The notes beneath the pieces were generated by a model. The model had not been told where the DNA came from. It searched no databases and saw only the letters and a list, made by a program, of their open reading frames with translations. From a virus: a stretch of 64,000 nt of DNA. Numbering within the stretch: position 1 is the stretch's first letter; every line of letters starts with the position of its first letter. The stretch spans positions 82,141 through 146,140 of IMG/VR virus record IMGVR_UViG_3300033146_003848, one strand, 5' to 3'. Shown here one piece after another: positions 50,123-60,728 of this stretch. The position numbers and the translations under genes are program-made.

Positions 50123-53100
50123 ATGGCAAGCGTAAAACAATCTCCAGGGATTTTTGTCAGAGAAATCGATAATACCATCTCAATTCAACGACCAGGTGCT
50201 GGTGGAATTGGGATTAGTGTTCGATTAAACAAAGGACCTATTGGAAAGCCAATTTATGTTAATAGTGAGAGAGAATTACTTGACAAAGGTGGGAGACCTA
50301 TACCAGGATTCAATTTAGTTTCTTGGCATTCAGTTGATAATATTCTTCTATATACTGGCAACGTAATGATGTCTCGTGTAGAGCATCTTGAAAGTGAATC
50401 AAGTCATACTAATTCAAACAGAATTTTTACTGTGAAAGTAAATAATGCTCAAATAGGACTTTGTTTGTCTGGTGATTCAGTAAAATTTAACTACAAAAAC
50501 GAATCTAGAGGTATGATTAACAATCGTACAGATTTTGCATCAGTAAATTCAACTAATGCGAATGATATTATTGGAGATGAAGAACTTGATTTCTCAACTC
50601 TTGATAATTCAATGTTTGTTGATAATGATGATACTGTAGATATGCTTACAGAAGATTCAGCATTCAATCTAAAGGCAAGAAATTTGAAAATTATCGAAAC
50701 TTTAAGTCCAAAACAGGTAGAATACTCAACGCTCGCAAATATAACCTCTGCTCCAAAATTAGAAAGAGGAGATGTTTACAATAGTCATGGAAAAATCAAT
50801 GCGATTGGTCATGATATATATGATGACTTTGTGATGATTGACTTTGCTCATGATGATGATAGAGATTTTTCAGCATTAAGTGGATTTGTTGTAAATCCTG
50901 TTGTGAATCCATATTTAGTTACTGTTACTTCTGCTGACTTTGGAGCAAACGGAACTATTTTAGAGTCTGGAAATGTTGTAAAAATCGTTCAAGATGATGC
51001 AGGAACAATAACAACTTTCTTTAGAGAAATTGAATATGCTTCAGGTAATACTTTCGTTGTTACTGAACCATTCCTCGAAGAATTTGTTGGTACTATAGTT
51101 ATGACTTTTGTGAAAAATGCTCTCACTCAACCTCTTGCTGATGCAACAATCTTAACAGGATCATATGATTTAACGTTTAGAGATTTCTCTCCTGCTCAAT
51201 TGTCTATAGGAACAAAACTATTCGTTGGGAATCATTCACCATTAACTGTAACTGCAATTAACGGAAACACTTCTGTAACTGTAGATATTGCTCCAACTGC
51301 TGATCTCACTCAAGTTGAATTTGCTTATTCTTTTGGTGAAATTGAATATGCTTCAGTTGCTGAAGGTGATATTCTTTATACTCCAGATGGAACAGTTGAA
51401 GTGATTTCTAAACATGCTGATACTACTCATACATCTAAACAAAGATTAATCGTGAAAGATATCGATGCTAGAGTGTCTGGTGGAGATCTTATTGCTCCTA
51501 TTCCAGTGAGTGATTGGAAAAATTTTAAATCAAGAATCGTAACATCCAATACTATAAATAAATCCAACAATGAATATTTCGTCAAAGTGAATGCGTTTGA
51601 TGGTATTATGAACGAAGAACGATTAATAAGTGGTAAAGCGATAGTTTCGAATGGTCAAATTGTTGTTCCATCAAATGCAATTTCTTCTGCATTAGTTGTA
51701 GGAGATACAATTTGTTTAGTTCAAGATGAAACACAATACTATAGAGAAGTTTTACTAGCAACTGATGATGGGACTAATGTAACTATTGACCTTATTGCTA
51801 ATGGTGAAATTGTTGGCAATACTACTAACGAGTTTCTACTTTATAAAACTAAAAATGCGGCTACTCCTATCGAAATAGATATTGTAAATGTTGCAACTGA
51901 TGGACTAAGTGCGACGTTCGTTGATACCGGTGCTGTTGAAAGTCTAATTACTGGGGGAAGTCGAGTATTAGTTAGAATTGTTGGAGCAACAGATGTAAAC
52001 ATCAGAGAAGTAGTATCTTACAATGCACCAGTTCTATTTTTTAATAAGCCTCTATCTAATGATATTATTTCTTCAGATTTTTCTACTATTCCGATAACAA
52101 TGTCATATTTTGCAACAGAAGAAACTCCATCTCAAGATTTAGTATTAGGTTCTCTAATTACTATGAGAGGATATACATTTGAGGATAGTCCTCAAGCCAT
52201 CGGAACAGCAAATCTCGAGTCATTCACTTGGGCAGGTGAAGCGAAAGTTTTATTCAAAGGTCTTTATAATAATGAAAGATATCTCCTTATTGAATTAACT
52301 GAGAATACTTGTGAAAGTATTGATACAAGTATATTATGTGTTGGTGAAGATAGTGCAGGTGAGAATTTTGGTGATTTTAAATCGAAATTAGGAACAAGTA
52401 ATTGGGCAAATCCTGCAGGACAAATATCTGAAATAATTAATTATGAAGATGTTCTTGTTTATGAATTCAATACTCTTATTAATTATGAAACTATTCTTAT
52501 TGTTAACGAAGATGTTAGTGAACTTAGAAAAGGAATAGAATTTAGATATACATATATCCCATCAACTTATGAGGATTACTCTAAAGTTAATGATGTGACT
52601 GGTCAACTTCATCTTTCTTCTGAATTCCTTAGAGTTGTTGCTGTAACTCCTGGAGCATGGTTTAACACTGATGGATATAAAATTGCAGTTTGTGATATGA
52701 GTCACTTAGATGATGAACTTGGTATCCCAAGCAACACAACTTCATTTAGAGATATGTTCGATTATATTGATGAGTCTGATAAATCACAATTAGCAATCGT
52801 TATTTTAGATAAAGATAATTATGTCGCTGAAAAATATATTGTATCTATTCATCCCGAATCTCAAGATGACGATGGTCTTTCTGCTTATTTACCAGAAGTT
52901 ATTAATAAAAAATCAACATTGGTTAGAATGTTTATTAATACTGCTACTTTCGAGACTGAAGGTCCTACCGCTTATGATATGAACTTTAATACTATTCAAC
53001 TTGTAGATATCGATGGTGGATACTCTTCTCTTAAATATGAAATCCCTAGATATGCATATAATAAAGAAAGAGGATCTAATTTCACTATTGTAACAACCAA

Positions 53101-54007
53101 TAATTATATAACCGATGAAGATGTTATTGTAGCCTATGATATATTTAGAGAAAAAGATGATATCGATCTCACATATCTTGTAGATGGCGAATGGGCTGGT
53201 AATAAATCAATTCAACATAGAATGATTGATATTTGTTATACTAGACATGATTCTATTGCAATATTAGGTCCTAATAAGAATGATGTTATTGGATATAGAA
53301 ATAAAGAAAGTGTGGAAAATAACCTAGTTGAATATGCGATGACTAATAATCCACTAACTACTGCCAACCAAGCATCTCAGTTTGGTGCATTCTTTGGTAA
53401 CTATAAACAAATCAAAGATCCATTTAATAACGTAGATGTGTGGATTCCTATATCAATCGATGTAGTCGGTCTAAATGCTTACGTAGATAACTATTATGAC
53501 CCATGGCATTCTACCGCAGGACTCAAAAGAGGAGTTCTAAAAAATGTGGTAAAATTGGCTTGGAATCCTAATGAGGGTAATAGAGATGGTATATATAAAG
53601 CCAAGATTAATCCTGTTGTAAACTTCAAGGGAGAAGGCAACTTGATTTGGGGTGTTCGTAGTTGCTATGCTCTTAAATCTGATTTGGGTGATATTTACAA
53701 TAGAAAGACTCTAAATTATATCGAAAAGAATCTTCAAGCGATGTTGAGAGTTGCTCTATTTGAAATGAATGATGCTGTAACAAGAAATCAGGTTGTTGCT
53801 ATTATAGAACCATTTTTGAAATCGATTCAAGCAAGAAGAGGACTTATTGATTACAAAATAGTTTGTGATACTTCAAATAATCCACCAAGTGTTGTTGAAG
53901 AAAACACATTAGTCGCTGACATTTTCTTAAAGATGGCACATGTTGTTGAATATATTGAATTAAATTTCATTATGACAAAAGCAAGTGCTGAATTCACTGA
54001 ATCTTAA
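50123..54007 (+). CDS. tail sheath protein (T4 gp18-like) with large insertion
   Basis: SPGIFVREID N-terminus; PWHSTAG..RG, INPV, WG, FEMND..TR, CDTSNN C-terminus. Confidence 0.95.
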   Translation: MASVKQSPGIFVREIDNTISIQRPGAGGIGISVRLNKGPIGKPIYVNSERELLDKGGRPIPGFNLVSWHSVDNILLYTGNVMMSRVEHLESESSHTNSNRIFTVKVNNAQIGLCLSGDSVKFNYKNESRGMINNRTDFASVNSTNANDIIGDEELDFSTLDNSMFVDNDDTVDMLTEDSAFNLKARNLKIIETLSPKQVEYSTLANITSAPKLERGDVYNSHGKINAIGHDIYDDFVMIDFAHDDDRDFSALSGFVVNPVVNPYLVTVTSADFGANGTILESGNVVKIVQDDAGTITTFFREIEYASGNTFVVTEPFLEEFVGTIVMTFVKNALTQPLADATILTGSYDLTFRDFSPAQLSIGTKLFVGNHSPLTVTAINGNTSVTVDIAPTADLTQVEFAYSFGEIEYASVAEGDILYTPDGTVEVISKHADTTHTSKQRLIVKDIDARVSGGDLIAPIPVSDWKNFKSRIVTSNTINKSNNEYFVKVNAFDGIMNEERLISGKAIVSNGQIVVPSNAISSALVVGDTICLVQDETQYYREVLLATDDGTNVTIDLIANGEIVGNTTNEFLLYKTKNAATPIEIDIVNVATDGLSATFVDTGAVESLITGGSRVLVRIVGATDVNIREVVSYNAPVLFFNKPLSNDIISSDFSTIPITMSYFATEETPSQDLVLGSLITMRGYTFEDSPQAIGTANLESFTWAGEAKVLFKGLYNNERYLLIELTENTCESIDTSILCVGEDSAGENFGDFKSKLGTSNWANPAGQISEIINYEDVLVYEFNTLINYETILIVNEDVSELRKGIEFRYTYIPSTYEDYSKVNDVTGQLHLSSEFLRVVAVTPGAWFNTDGYKIAVCDMSHLDDELGIPSNTTSFRDMFDYIDESDKSQLAIVILDKDNYVAEKYIVSIHPESQDDDGLSAYLPEVINKKSTLVRMFINTATFETEGPTAYDMNFNTIQLVDIDGGYSSLKYEIPRYAYNKERGSNFTIVTTNNYITDEDVIVAYDIFREKDDIDLTYLVDGEWAGNKSIQHRMIDICYTRHDSIAILGPNKNDVIGYRNKESVENNLVEYAMTNNPLTTANQASQFGAFFGNYKQIKDPFNNVDVWIPISIDVVGLNAYVDNYYDPWHSTAGLKRGVLKNVVKLAWNPNEGNRDGIYKAKINPVVNFKGEGNLIWGVRSCYALKSDLGDIYNRKTLNYIEKNLQAMLRVALFEMNDAVTRNQVVAIIEPFLKSIQARRGLIDYKIVCDTSNNPPSVVEENTLVADIFLKMAHVVEYIELNFIMTKASAEFTES

Positions 54008-54021
54008 TCCAACATTCTAAT

Positions 54022-54050
54022 AAAAGAGGTCGAATTAACGACCTCTTTTT
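54022..54050 (+). terminator. intrinsic terminator
   Basis: AAAAGAGGTCG-AATTAA-CGACCTCTTTTT. Confidence 0.85.
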
Positions 54051-54069
54051 TATATTAATTTCTTTTTTT

Positions 54070-55704
54070 ATGATATATTATAAAATGAACAAGAAAGAAT
54101 TGCAAAAATACGTTAAAAATAAACGAGGATTTGGACAGACACAATGGAAGAAGTTCCTAAGTAAGTCTGAATATGATAAAATCATAAAACATACTTCTTT
54201 TTTACCAAAAAATACTGATTGGACAACAATATTATTTTATTTTCAAGAAAATCTTAAATTAGAATTAAGATGTGATATTTGCAATAATGTTCTTGAAATA
54301 CGCAATCGAAATAAACCGGCTCCTATTTATTGTTCTATTGCTTGTAAAAATTCAAAAAAAGCAAAGGCAATAGAGAGTGAGAAAATTAAAAAAACAAAAT
54401 TGAAACGATATGGGTCCTCCACATATACTAATCCAGAAAAAGCAAAACAAACTAATTTAGAAAGATATGGAGTTGAAAACGTGGCTCAATCTGAAATAAT
54501 TAAAGCCCGAATGAAACAAACTAATTTAGAAAGGTATGGAGTTGAAAATCCTTGGCAATCCGAAGAGGTCAAGATGAAAATTAAGCAGACTAACATTGAA
54601 CTATATAATAAATCTTGTTATTTACATTCTCAAGACTATTTGAATAAAATGAAGAATATATATAACGAACAATATGGAGTTGATTGGTATAGTAGTAGTG
54701 ACGACTTTAAAAATAAATATCACAAAACTATACAAACAAAGTATGACTGTTCTCATTATTTTCAAAGTAATGAATTTTTAATTAAACAGAGAACTAATAA
54801 ATGGGAATCATTTCTTCAAGGATTAATTAGTGTGAATTTAATTCCATTATTCACAGAAGATGAATATTTAGAAATCAAATCTGAATATCAATATCAATGC
54901 ATATTGTGTAATGAAATTATAACAAGTGCTTCGGTAAATAAATATAAAATAAAATGTCCAAATCATAATAGAACTAGAACTCAATCAAAATATGAAACTG
55001 AAATAGAATTTTGGCTCACATCTCTGGGAATTTCATCAATAATGAACGAGCGATTTACATTTAATAAGAAAAATCTAGAATTAGATGTTTGGATTCCAGA
55101 TTTTCGAATCGGAATAGAATTTCATGGTCTATATTGGCACTCTAACACATATAAACATTCAAATTATCATTTAAATAAATATGAACATTTTAAAAATCTA
55201 GATATAAATGTTATTCAAATTTTTGAAAGTGATTGGATTCATAATAGAAACTGGGTCAAATCGTTCATTAGAGGACTATTAAATTTAAATGAAAATGTAT
55301 TAGGGACCTCTATCGAAAAAATTAGTTTTAACGTCGCTCAAGATTTCATTAATGATAATTATCAACATATGTTGGCTGATAATAATTATACTGGTATTTT
55401 TTTAAATACCGAATTAGTGTCAATTCATCATTTAAATGAAAATATTGTGGATTTATCCATAGATAAGTTAAATGTTCATGTTACAAATAGTTATAAATTA
55501 ATTTGTCAAGAATCGAACTGTTTTTTAAAAATAGACAATCGATTTGTAGATAAACAACAGTTAGAACCACTCACTGAGATATTAGATGTAAATCCAGTTC
55601 CATATTTAATCGATATGAAAGAAAAAACAATCACTAAGAGCGAAACATTAACTGACGATGATATGTTTATTTTCGATGCAGGACACAAAATATATAAAAT
55701 TTGA
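54070..55704 (+). CDS. Hef-like homing endonuclease, paralog 1
   Basis: KQTNLERYGVEN repeats; ELDVWIP..GIEFHGLYWHS; IQIFESDW. Confidence 0.8.
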   Translation: MIYYKMNKKELQKYVKNKRGFGQTQWKKFLSKSEYDKIIKHTSFLPKNTDWTTILFYFQENLKLELRCDICNNVLEIRNRNKPAPIYCSIACKNSKKAKAIESEKIKKTKLKRYGSSTYTNPEKAKQTNLERYGVENVAQSEIIKARMKQTNLERYGVENPWQSEEVKMKIKQTNIELYNKSCYLHSQDYLNKMKNIYNEQYGVDWYSSSDDFKNKYHKTIQTKYDCSHYFQSNEFLIKQRTNKWESFLQGLISVNLIPLFTEDEYLEIKSEYQYQCILCNEIITSASVNKYKIKCPNHNRTRTQSKYETEIEFWLTSLGISSIMNERFTFNKKNLELDVWIPDFRIGIEFHGLYWHSNTYKHSNYHLNKYEHFKNLDINVIQIFESDWIHNRNWVKSFIRGLLNLNENVLGTSIEKISFNVAQDFINDNYQHMLADNNYTGIFLNTELVSIHHLNENIVDLSIDKLNVHVTNSYKLICQESNCFLKIDNRFVDKQQLEPLTEILDVNPVPYLIDMKEKTITKSETLTDDDMFIFDAGHKIYKI

Positions 55705-55730
55705 CATTTATTGAAAAATATGATATACTA
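55702..55730 (+). promoter_or_regulatory. sigma70-like promoter
   Basis: TTGACA-17-TATACT with TG. Confidence 0.7.
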
Positions 55731-55763
55731 TATTTGTGAGACATTTAATAATGGAGATGAGTT

Positions 55764-56294
55764 ATGGCAAATTTTAATATACATTTAATTTCAGGTGTAA
55801 TTGTGGGATCAGTAGTTGGAATGTTTCATGGTTTCCCAATATTCATACCGTTAATCGTAATAGGGAGTATATTGCCTGACATAGACTTGAAAACTTCAAT
55901 TCCGTCTAAACTATTCCAAGTCTCGTTAATTGGAGGAATGATTTTCGGTTGCTTTCATTATTGGACTAATTGGCAATATCAAGCATTGATTATAGGACTA
56001 GGACTAATTTCCATATTCATTCAATATGTACTATTAACTCATCGAGGAATTTTCCATAGTATACCTATGACTATACTATTAGGATTACTATTAGATCATA
56101 TCACTGGAAATTACTGGATGGGAATTTATTTATCATTAGGATATTTAACTCATTTGATAATAGATGAGAGTTGGGCTTTTGGGAAAACATCATTCGGCTC
56201 AGCAATGTCTGTATTTAAAAGACGATATTGGATTGAAAGTATTATTACTTACATTTTCATTATAGGATTAATATATGTGCGACTTCAAAGATAG
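55764..56294 (+). CDS. YdjM-like membrane metal-dependent hydrolase
   Basis: H..G, GS.LPDID, HRG.FHS, GY..HL..D. Confidence 0.8.
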   Translation: MANFNIHLISGVIVGSVVGMFHGFPIFIPLIVIGSILPDIDLKTSIPSKLFQVSLIGGMIFGCFHYWTNWQYQALIIGLGLISIFIQYVLLTHRGIFHSIPMTILLGLLLDHITGNYWMGIYLSLGYLTHLIIDESWAFGKTSFGSAMSVFKRRYWIESIITYIFIIGLIYVRLQR

Positions 56295-57660
56295 AATAAA
56301 AAAATGTAGACGAGAAAATTATCTAACTGCGAATGAACGAACTCAATTATGGGAAGCAACTTCTTTTTTACCATCGAGTGCGAATTTTTTAGATCGCAAG
56401 TATCATATTATTAATGATTTTACCGATATTCAAACTAAATGTGCGGTTTGTCAATCGTGGATATCACTAGTGACTATTTCTCGAATTCCAACATTCTGTT
56501 CATCTCAATGTGAAACATCTAGTCTCGGACAAAATATAGCATTGAGTAAACGTAAGAAAACTAATATGAAACTATTTAATGCTGATTTTGCTCAACAAAC
56601 AATTGAAATTAAAGAAAAACAAAAGCAATCTTGTATCGAAAAGTATGGAGTTGCTCATCCATTACAAAACTCCGAAATTTTAGAAAAAATGAAACGCACT
56701 AATATACAACGATACGGGAAAGAAAATGTTTTTCAACTAGATAGTGTTAAAGAAAGTATAGTTAAAACTAACATCGAACGATTAGGAGTAAAACATTATA
56801 AACTTCACGATATCAAAAAGAAAGAATCTATAGAAAAGAAGCGTGTTAATTATTGGCAAACATTTCAAATTAACTTAAAAAAGAAAAAAATAATTCCAAC
56901 TTTCACAAAAAATGAGTATATCAAATATCAACATAATGATAATCTTGCAAAATCATTTAAATGTTTAATATGCAATCAAATCTTCCATACATACGCTCTA
57001 AATATTTACAACATTCATTGTCCTAGACATACAAATAAATCATCATACGAAAGAGAAATTCAAGAATGGATTATCAATGAATTAAAAATGTATCCTGAAA
57101 TGAATAAACGATTTGTTTTTAATGGAGTTAGACGAGAATTAGATTTTTATTTCCCACAACATTCATTTGGAATAGAATTTAATGGGATATATTGGCATTC
57201 TGAAAAATTTAAAGAAGAAGAATATCATTTAGAAAAATATTTATTGTTTAAAACGCAAAATATTAATATTATTCAAATTTTCGAAAGTGATTGGATTCAT
57301 AATTCCGAAAAAATGAAACTCATCATTGCATCATATTTAAATTTCAAAGTACTCAAAAATAATATAAAATTCATTCACTTAAATAATCATCATTGGAAAT
57401 TGTTATATTCTCCTCCATATAATAATTCCGATATTATATTATTTTTCATGCATCAATATTTACCGAAAAGTATTGAATGTGATATTAATTTACAATTTCC
57501 AATAGAACAATTATTATCCTTTTCTCCAATAAATATTATTTCTCCAAAAGCATTTTATTTTAATTATCGAGATGTGACATTAAATGAATGTCCAATTGAC
57601 GGTCAAGATTTAAAAGTGTATAATGTGGGATATCAAAAATGGAAATGGATTAGCCCATAA
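56275..57660 (+). CDS. Hef-like homing endonuclease, paralog 2
   Basis: ELDFYFP..GIEFNGIYWHS. Confidence 0.8.
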   Translation: MCDFKDRIKKCRRENYLTANERTQLWEATSFLPSSANFLDRKYHIINDFTDIQTKCAVCQSWISLVTISRIPTFCSSQCETSSLGQNIALSKRKKTNMKLFNADFAQQTIEIKEKQKQSCIEKYGVAHPLQNSEILEKMKRTNIQRYGKENVFQLDSVKESIVKTNIERLGVKHYKLHDIKKKESIEKKRVNYWQTFQINLKKKKIIPTFTKNEYIKYQHNDNLAKSFKCLICNQIFHTYALNIYNIHCPRHTNKSSYEREIQEWIINELKMYPEMNKRFVFNGVRRELDFYFPQHSFGIEFNGIYWHSEKFKEEEYHLEKYLLFKTQNINIIQIFESDWIHNSEKMKLIIASYLNFKVLKNNIKFIHLNNHHWKLLYSPPYNNSDIILFFMHQYLPKSIECDINLQFPIEQLLSFSPINIISPKAFYFNYRDVTLNECPIDGQDLKVYNVGYQKWKWISP

Positions 57661-58396
57661 AAAATTTAACTGGCTTTGACCATTTAGTTAAAAGATCTTC
57701 TTCTAGTTTTTCTTTCTCTTGTATTGCTTCTTCGTAAATGGATTTACCGCTCAATTGAATTCCACCTGGCAAAGTCACATTATCGAATTTTTTCAAATTA
57801 TATCCCCATTGAAGTTTAATTAATGTGAATGTATAGTCTCTTAGCCAAATATCGTCCCATAAATCTGGAGTTACTTCAGGGTCAATAGCAATATGTCCAA
57901 CTACACCAATTACTCTATCTTTTTCGGGCATATTGTTGAGAGTCAATGTATGAGATAGTTGATTAAATGAAAACGAAATCTTTTCTCCAATTTGCATATT
58001 TAGTTGCTTTAAATACTGATATGCTAATTGAATTGTAACAATATCGAATTGCGATAATCGCATTCCGATGGACTGTTTCATTTGGTAATCCATTGAAAAC
58101 ATACTAGTATGATCATCAATTTCAAGGTAATATGTGACTCCTAGAACTTCTGGAGGAAGAACATATTCAGTTTGACCCTGTTTGGTATCCACTCTAATTA
58201 CCATTTCTTTATAGCCGAACATGTGTATTTGTCTAAATTCTTTGAGGGCTTCAGTAACACGATCTATACATTGAATCGGAGTAATATCAATTTCGATCAT
58301 TCCTCCTACTGGAGGTTGAAATATGTTATCTCCTCCTAATTTTCGTAATGACCAATCGATCAATTCAAACATATTTTCAGGTCTATGTAGTGACAT
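57650..58396 (-). CDS. neck protein (T4 gp13-like)
   Basis: LRKLG..IEIDIT; W.D.WLRDY...LIK.QWG.NLKKF..V.LPGGI.L.G..IY.EA. Confidence 0.9.
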   Translation of the reverse strand: MSLHRPENMFELIDWSLRKLGGDNIFQPPVGGMIEIDITPIQCIDRVTEALKEFRQIHMFGYKEMVIRVDTKQGQTEYVLPPEVLGVTYYLEIDDHTSMFSMDYQMKQSIGMRLSQFDIVTIQLAYQYLKQLNMQIGEKISFSFNQLSHTLTLNNMPEKDRVIGVVGHIAIDPEVTPDLWDDIWLRDYTFTLIKLQWGYNLKKFDNVTLPGGIQLSGKSIYEEAIQEKEKLEEDLLTKWSKPVKFFMG

Positions 58397-58442
58397 TTTT
58401 TTCTCCAAATATTAATTAATATTACATGTGATTATTTAGAGG

Positions 58443-60002
58443 TTATTGTGAGTTTGTCCATCCTAGAACTTTATTGCCCGAATCATATATTCGGAGATAA
58501 TTATTATTCAACATATTTTGATATTCACTTAAGTCAGCATCGAAAATTTCTAATTTATCTTTTAATTTATGTTTTTGATATTTATTTCTGGATTCTAAGA
58601 ACAGGGTTCCAGTTTTGAAATAGAAATAATTAGGATCACTAACTCTCAATTCTACAAATCCATTCTTTATATATCCACTACCATCAAAGTATCGTAAGTC
58701 TACAAAACTAATGATATTTTTAGGATTCCAATTTCGTTTAAAATATTTTAATAATTTAGAGAATCCTCCTGTAACATGATGTCCTATTTTCGTACATGAT
58801 CTAATGTTCTCCCACTCAAAGGATTTATTAAATCTTGACATCCCAAAACTCATGAGTTGAACTAACATATCTTCGTAATACAATCCAAGTTTAACTTTTG
58901 CTCCACAAGAACCTTGCATGTGATTAACATCTAAGAATTTTCGATACTCATCATTCGGTATTTCTTTGATCACACACTTCCTTGCATATATGGATTTATT
59001 AAATCCCAATTTCGCAGTAATAATACTTTTTACAATATCAGGAGTATTAATCCACTCATTCTCAAACACTTGAATTAATGTTATTCCCAATTCTGTAAAA
59101 TGTCTCCATTTATCCATATGATACTTTTTTGGTTTCTTTTCATTATTATGCCAATATAAACCATGAAATTCTATTCCAATATTCTTAGATGGAATATATA
59201 CATCGAGTTCTAATGACTTACCATTATGAGAGAATCGATTATTCATTTCGATATCTAAATTAGAGTCTAATGTGAGAAGCCAATCTCTTATCTCCAATTC
59301 ATATTTCGATTTTACAATTTGACAAGAACAATTTATTAAATCGATGGAGATCCCTCGTTCTTCTTTTATTTTTAATGATACTTCATTATTACATTCTAGA
59401 CAATGGAAATTAATAATATCATTTGAATTATATTTAACATAATCTTCTTTTCTGAATTTTGGAATCAATGATTTTTCCGATAGTCTAGTCACAAATGATT
59501 CCCAATTATTCTCTCTAGAGGTTATTTTATTCTGTGAGGGATTATTATACGTTTCAGATTCATATTTCATTAAACATGTTTGTTTGGCTTTTTCAGAATT
59601 CCTATAATGGGGATCAGCATACTTCTTCTGCTTACTTTCTGATATTAAATCCGCGTGATCATTTTTCATTTCTTGTGTCTTTGCATTCCAAGATTTTAAC
59701 TGTTGCTCTCGTTGATATTGTTTACCAATACTTGATTGAAAACATTTAGTGGAGCAAAATACTGAAACCGCATTATTGCGATTTTTAATTTTTATTTCAT
59801 TATTACAATTTAAACATATAATTGGCTCTGAAATGTTTTTTTGAAAATATCCCACTCGTTGAGCAAATGATACATCATCATCTAAAAATTTAGTGAATGA
59901 TAATACTATTTCATACTCTTCATCACTAAGAACTTTGCTCCAACCAAATTGATTTTTTACTTTGAGATCTTTAATAATTGTTTGTAAATTTGATATACTC
60001 AT
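58443..60002 (-). CDS. Hef-like homing endonuclease, paralog 3 (most complete)
   Basis: ELDVYIP..GIEFHGLYWH; IYARKC, NHMQG, GGFSKL, IYDSG. Confidence 0.85.
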   Translation of the reverse strand: MSISNLQTIIKDLKVKNQFGWSKVLSDEEYEIVLSFTKFLDDDVSFAQRVGYFQKNISEPIICLNCNNEIKIKNRNNAVSVFCSTKCFQSSIGKQYQREQQLKSWNAKTQEMKNDHADLISESKQKKYADPHYRNSEKAKQTCLMKYESETYNNPSQNKITSRENNWESFVTRLSEKSLIPKFRKEDYVKYNSNDIINFHCLECNNEVSLKIKEERGISIDLINCSCQIVKSKYELEIRDWLLTLDSNLDIEMNNRFSHNGKSLELDVYIPSKNIGIEFHGLYWHNNEKKPKKYHMDKWRHFTELGITLIQVFENEWINTPDIVKSIITAKLGFNKSIYARKCVIKEIPNDEYRKFLDVNHMQGSCGAKVKLGLYYEDMLVQLMSFGMSRFNKSFEWENIRSCTKIGHHVTGGFSKLLKYFKRNWNPKNIISFVDLRYFDGSGYIKNGFVELRVSDPNYFYFKTGTLFLESRNKYQKHKLKDKLEIFDADLSEYQNMLNNNYLRIYDSGNKVLGWTNSQ

Positions 60003-60074
60003 TATATTTTCCATTAAAAAATATTATTCAATATAATATATCACGAAAATGGAATTTTTAAATTGTTTTTATCC

Positions 60075-60647
60075 TTATTCAGGAATTACAGAGTCTGGGA
60101 GACCGGCAATATCTAAGGGTGCCATATCGAGTCTTGACCAGGCATCCATTGCAAAAGTAACATCATATGTGACAACAGTATCATCATTGGCTTGATCGAG
60201 AGCAATGTCTGTCAATTCAAATGGAAACACATTAATTAATTTATAAATTCCTATTGGAACATCAACTCCAGGAGCCAACATGAAAATCTCCAAATCCTTA
60301 TTAATAGCCGGAGTAATCATACCGAAACCAGTGAGATTGTCCGCAAGAACTCCCATCCAGGCTTCAATAGCAGTTCTAGTTGAATATGTGATATCTTCTT
60401 GCATGGTTACTTTCCAATCGTCAAATTTTGGTATAGTTCCATTATAATATAACTCTCTCCCACGAAATTTAATCGGAATCTTACTTACTTTTTTCCCTGG
60501 TATACTAGAGGTCTTACAATTAACCATCTTTACATTTGGAATTCCTGTGATCCAGAAGTTATATGCAAGTAGTGGATGCACGAACTGAGCCTTAACGTTG
60601 GCTATTCCCATACGATATGGATTGGCAGTATTTGGATTAAAAGCCAT
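60075..60647 (-). CDS. tail tube protein (T4 gp19-like)
   Basis: CKTSSIPG..FRGR...G...FDDW.VT..ED..R...EAW..FP..YDVTF. Confidence 0.9.
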   Translation of the reverse strand: MAFNPNTANPYRMGIANVKAQFVHPLLAYNFWITGIPNVKMVNCKTSSIPGKKVSKIPIKFRGRELYYNGTIPKFDDWKVTMQEDITYSTRTAIEAWMGVLADNLTGFGMITPAINKDLEIFMLAPGVDVPIGIYKLINVFPFELTDIALDQANDDTVVTYDVTFAMDAWSRLDMAPLDIAGLPDSVIPE

Positions 60648-60691
60648 AATATTTTCTCCTTGTCTCAAAAATTAAAAAGGTTATACAGTAT

Positions 60692-60713
60692 TATTTATAA
60701 TTTTATATAAATA
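60692..60713. promoter_or_regulatory. divergent T4-type late promoters
   Basis: TATAAATA on - (60692-60699, tail tube) and + (60706-60713, Hef). Confidence 0.6.
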
Positions 60714-60728
60714 TGATTAGGAGGAACA

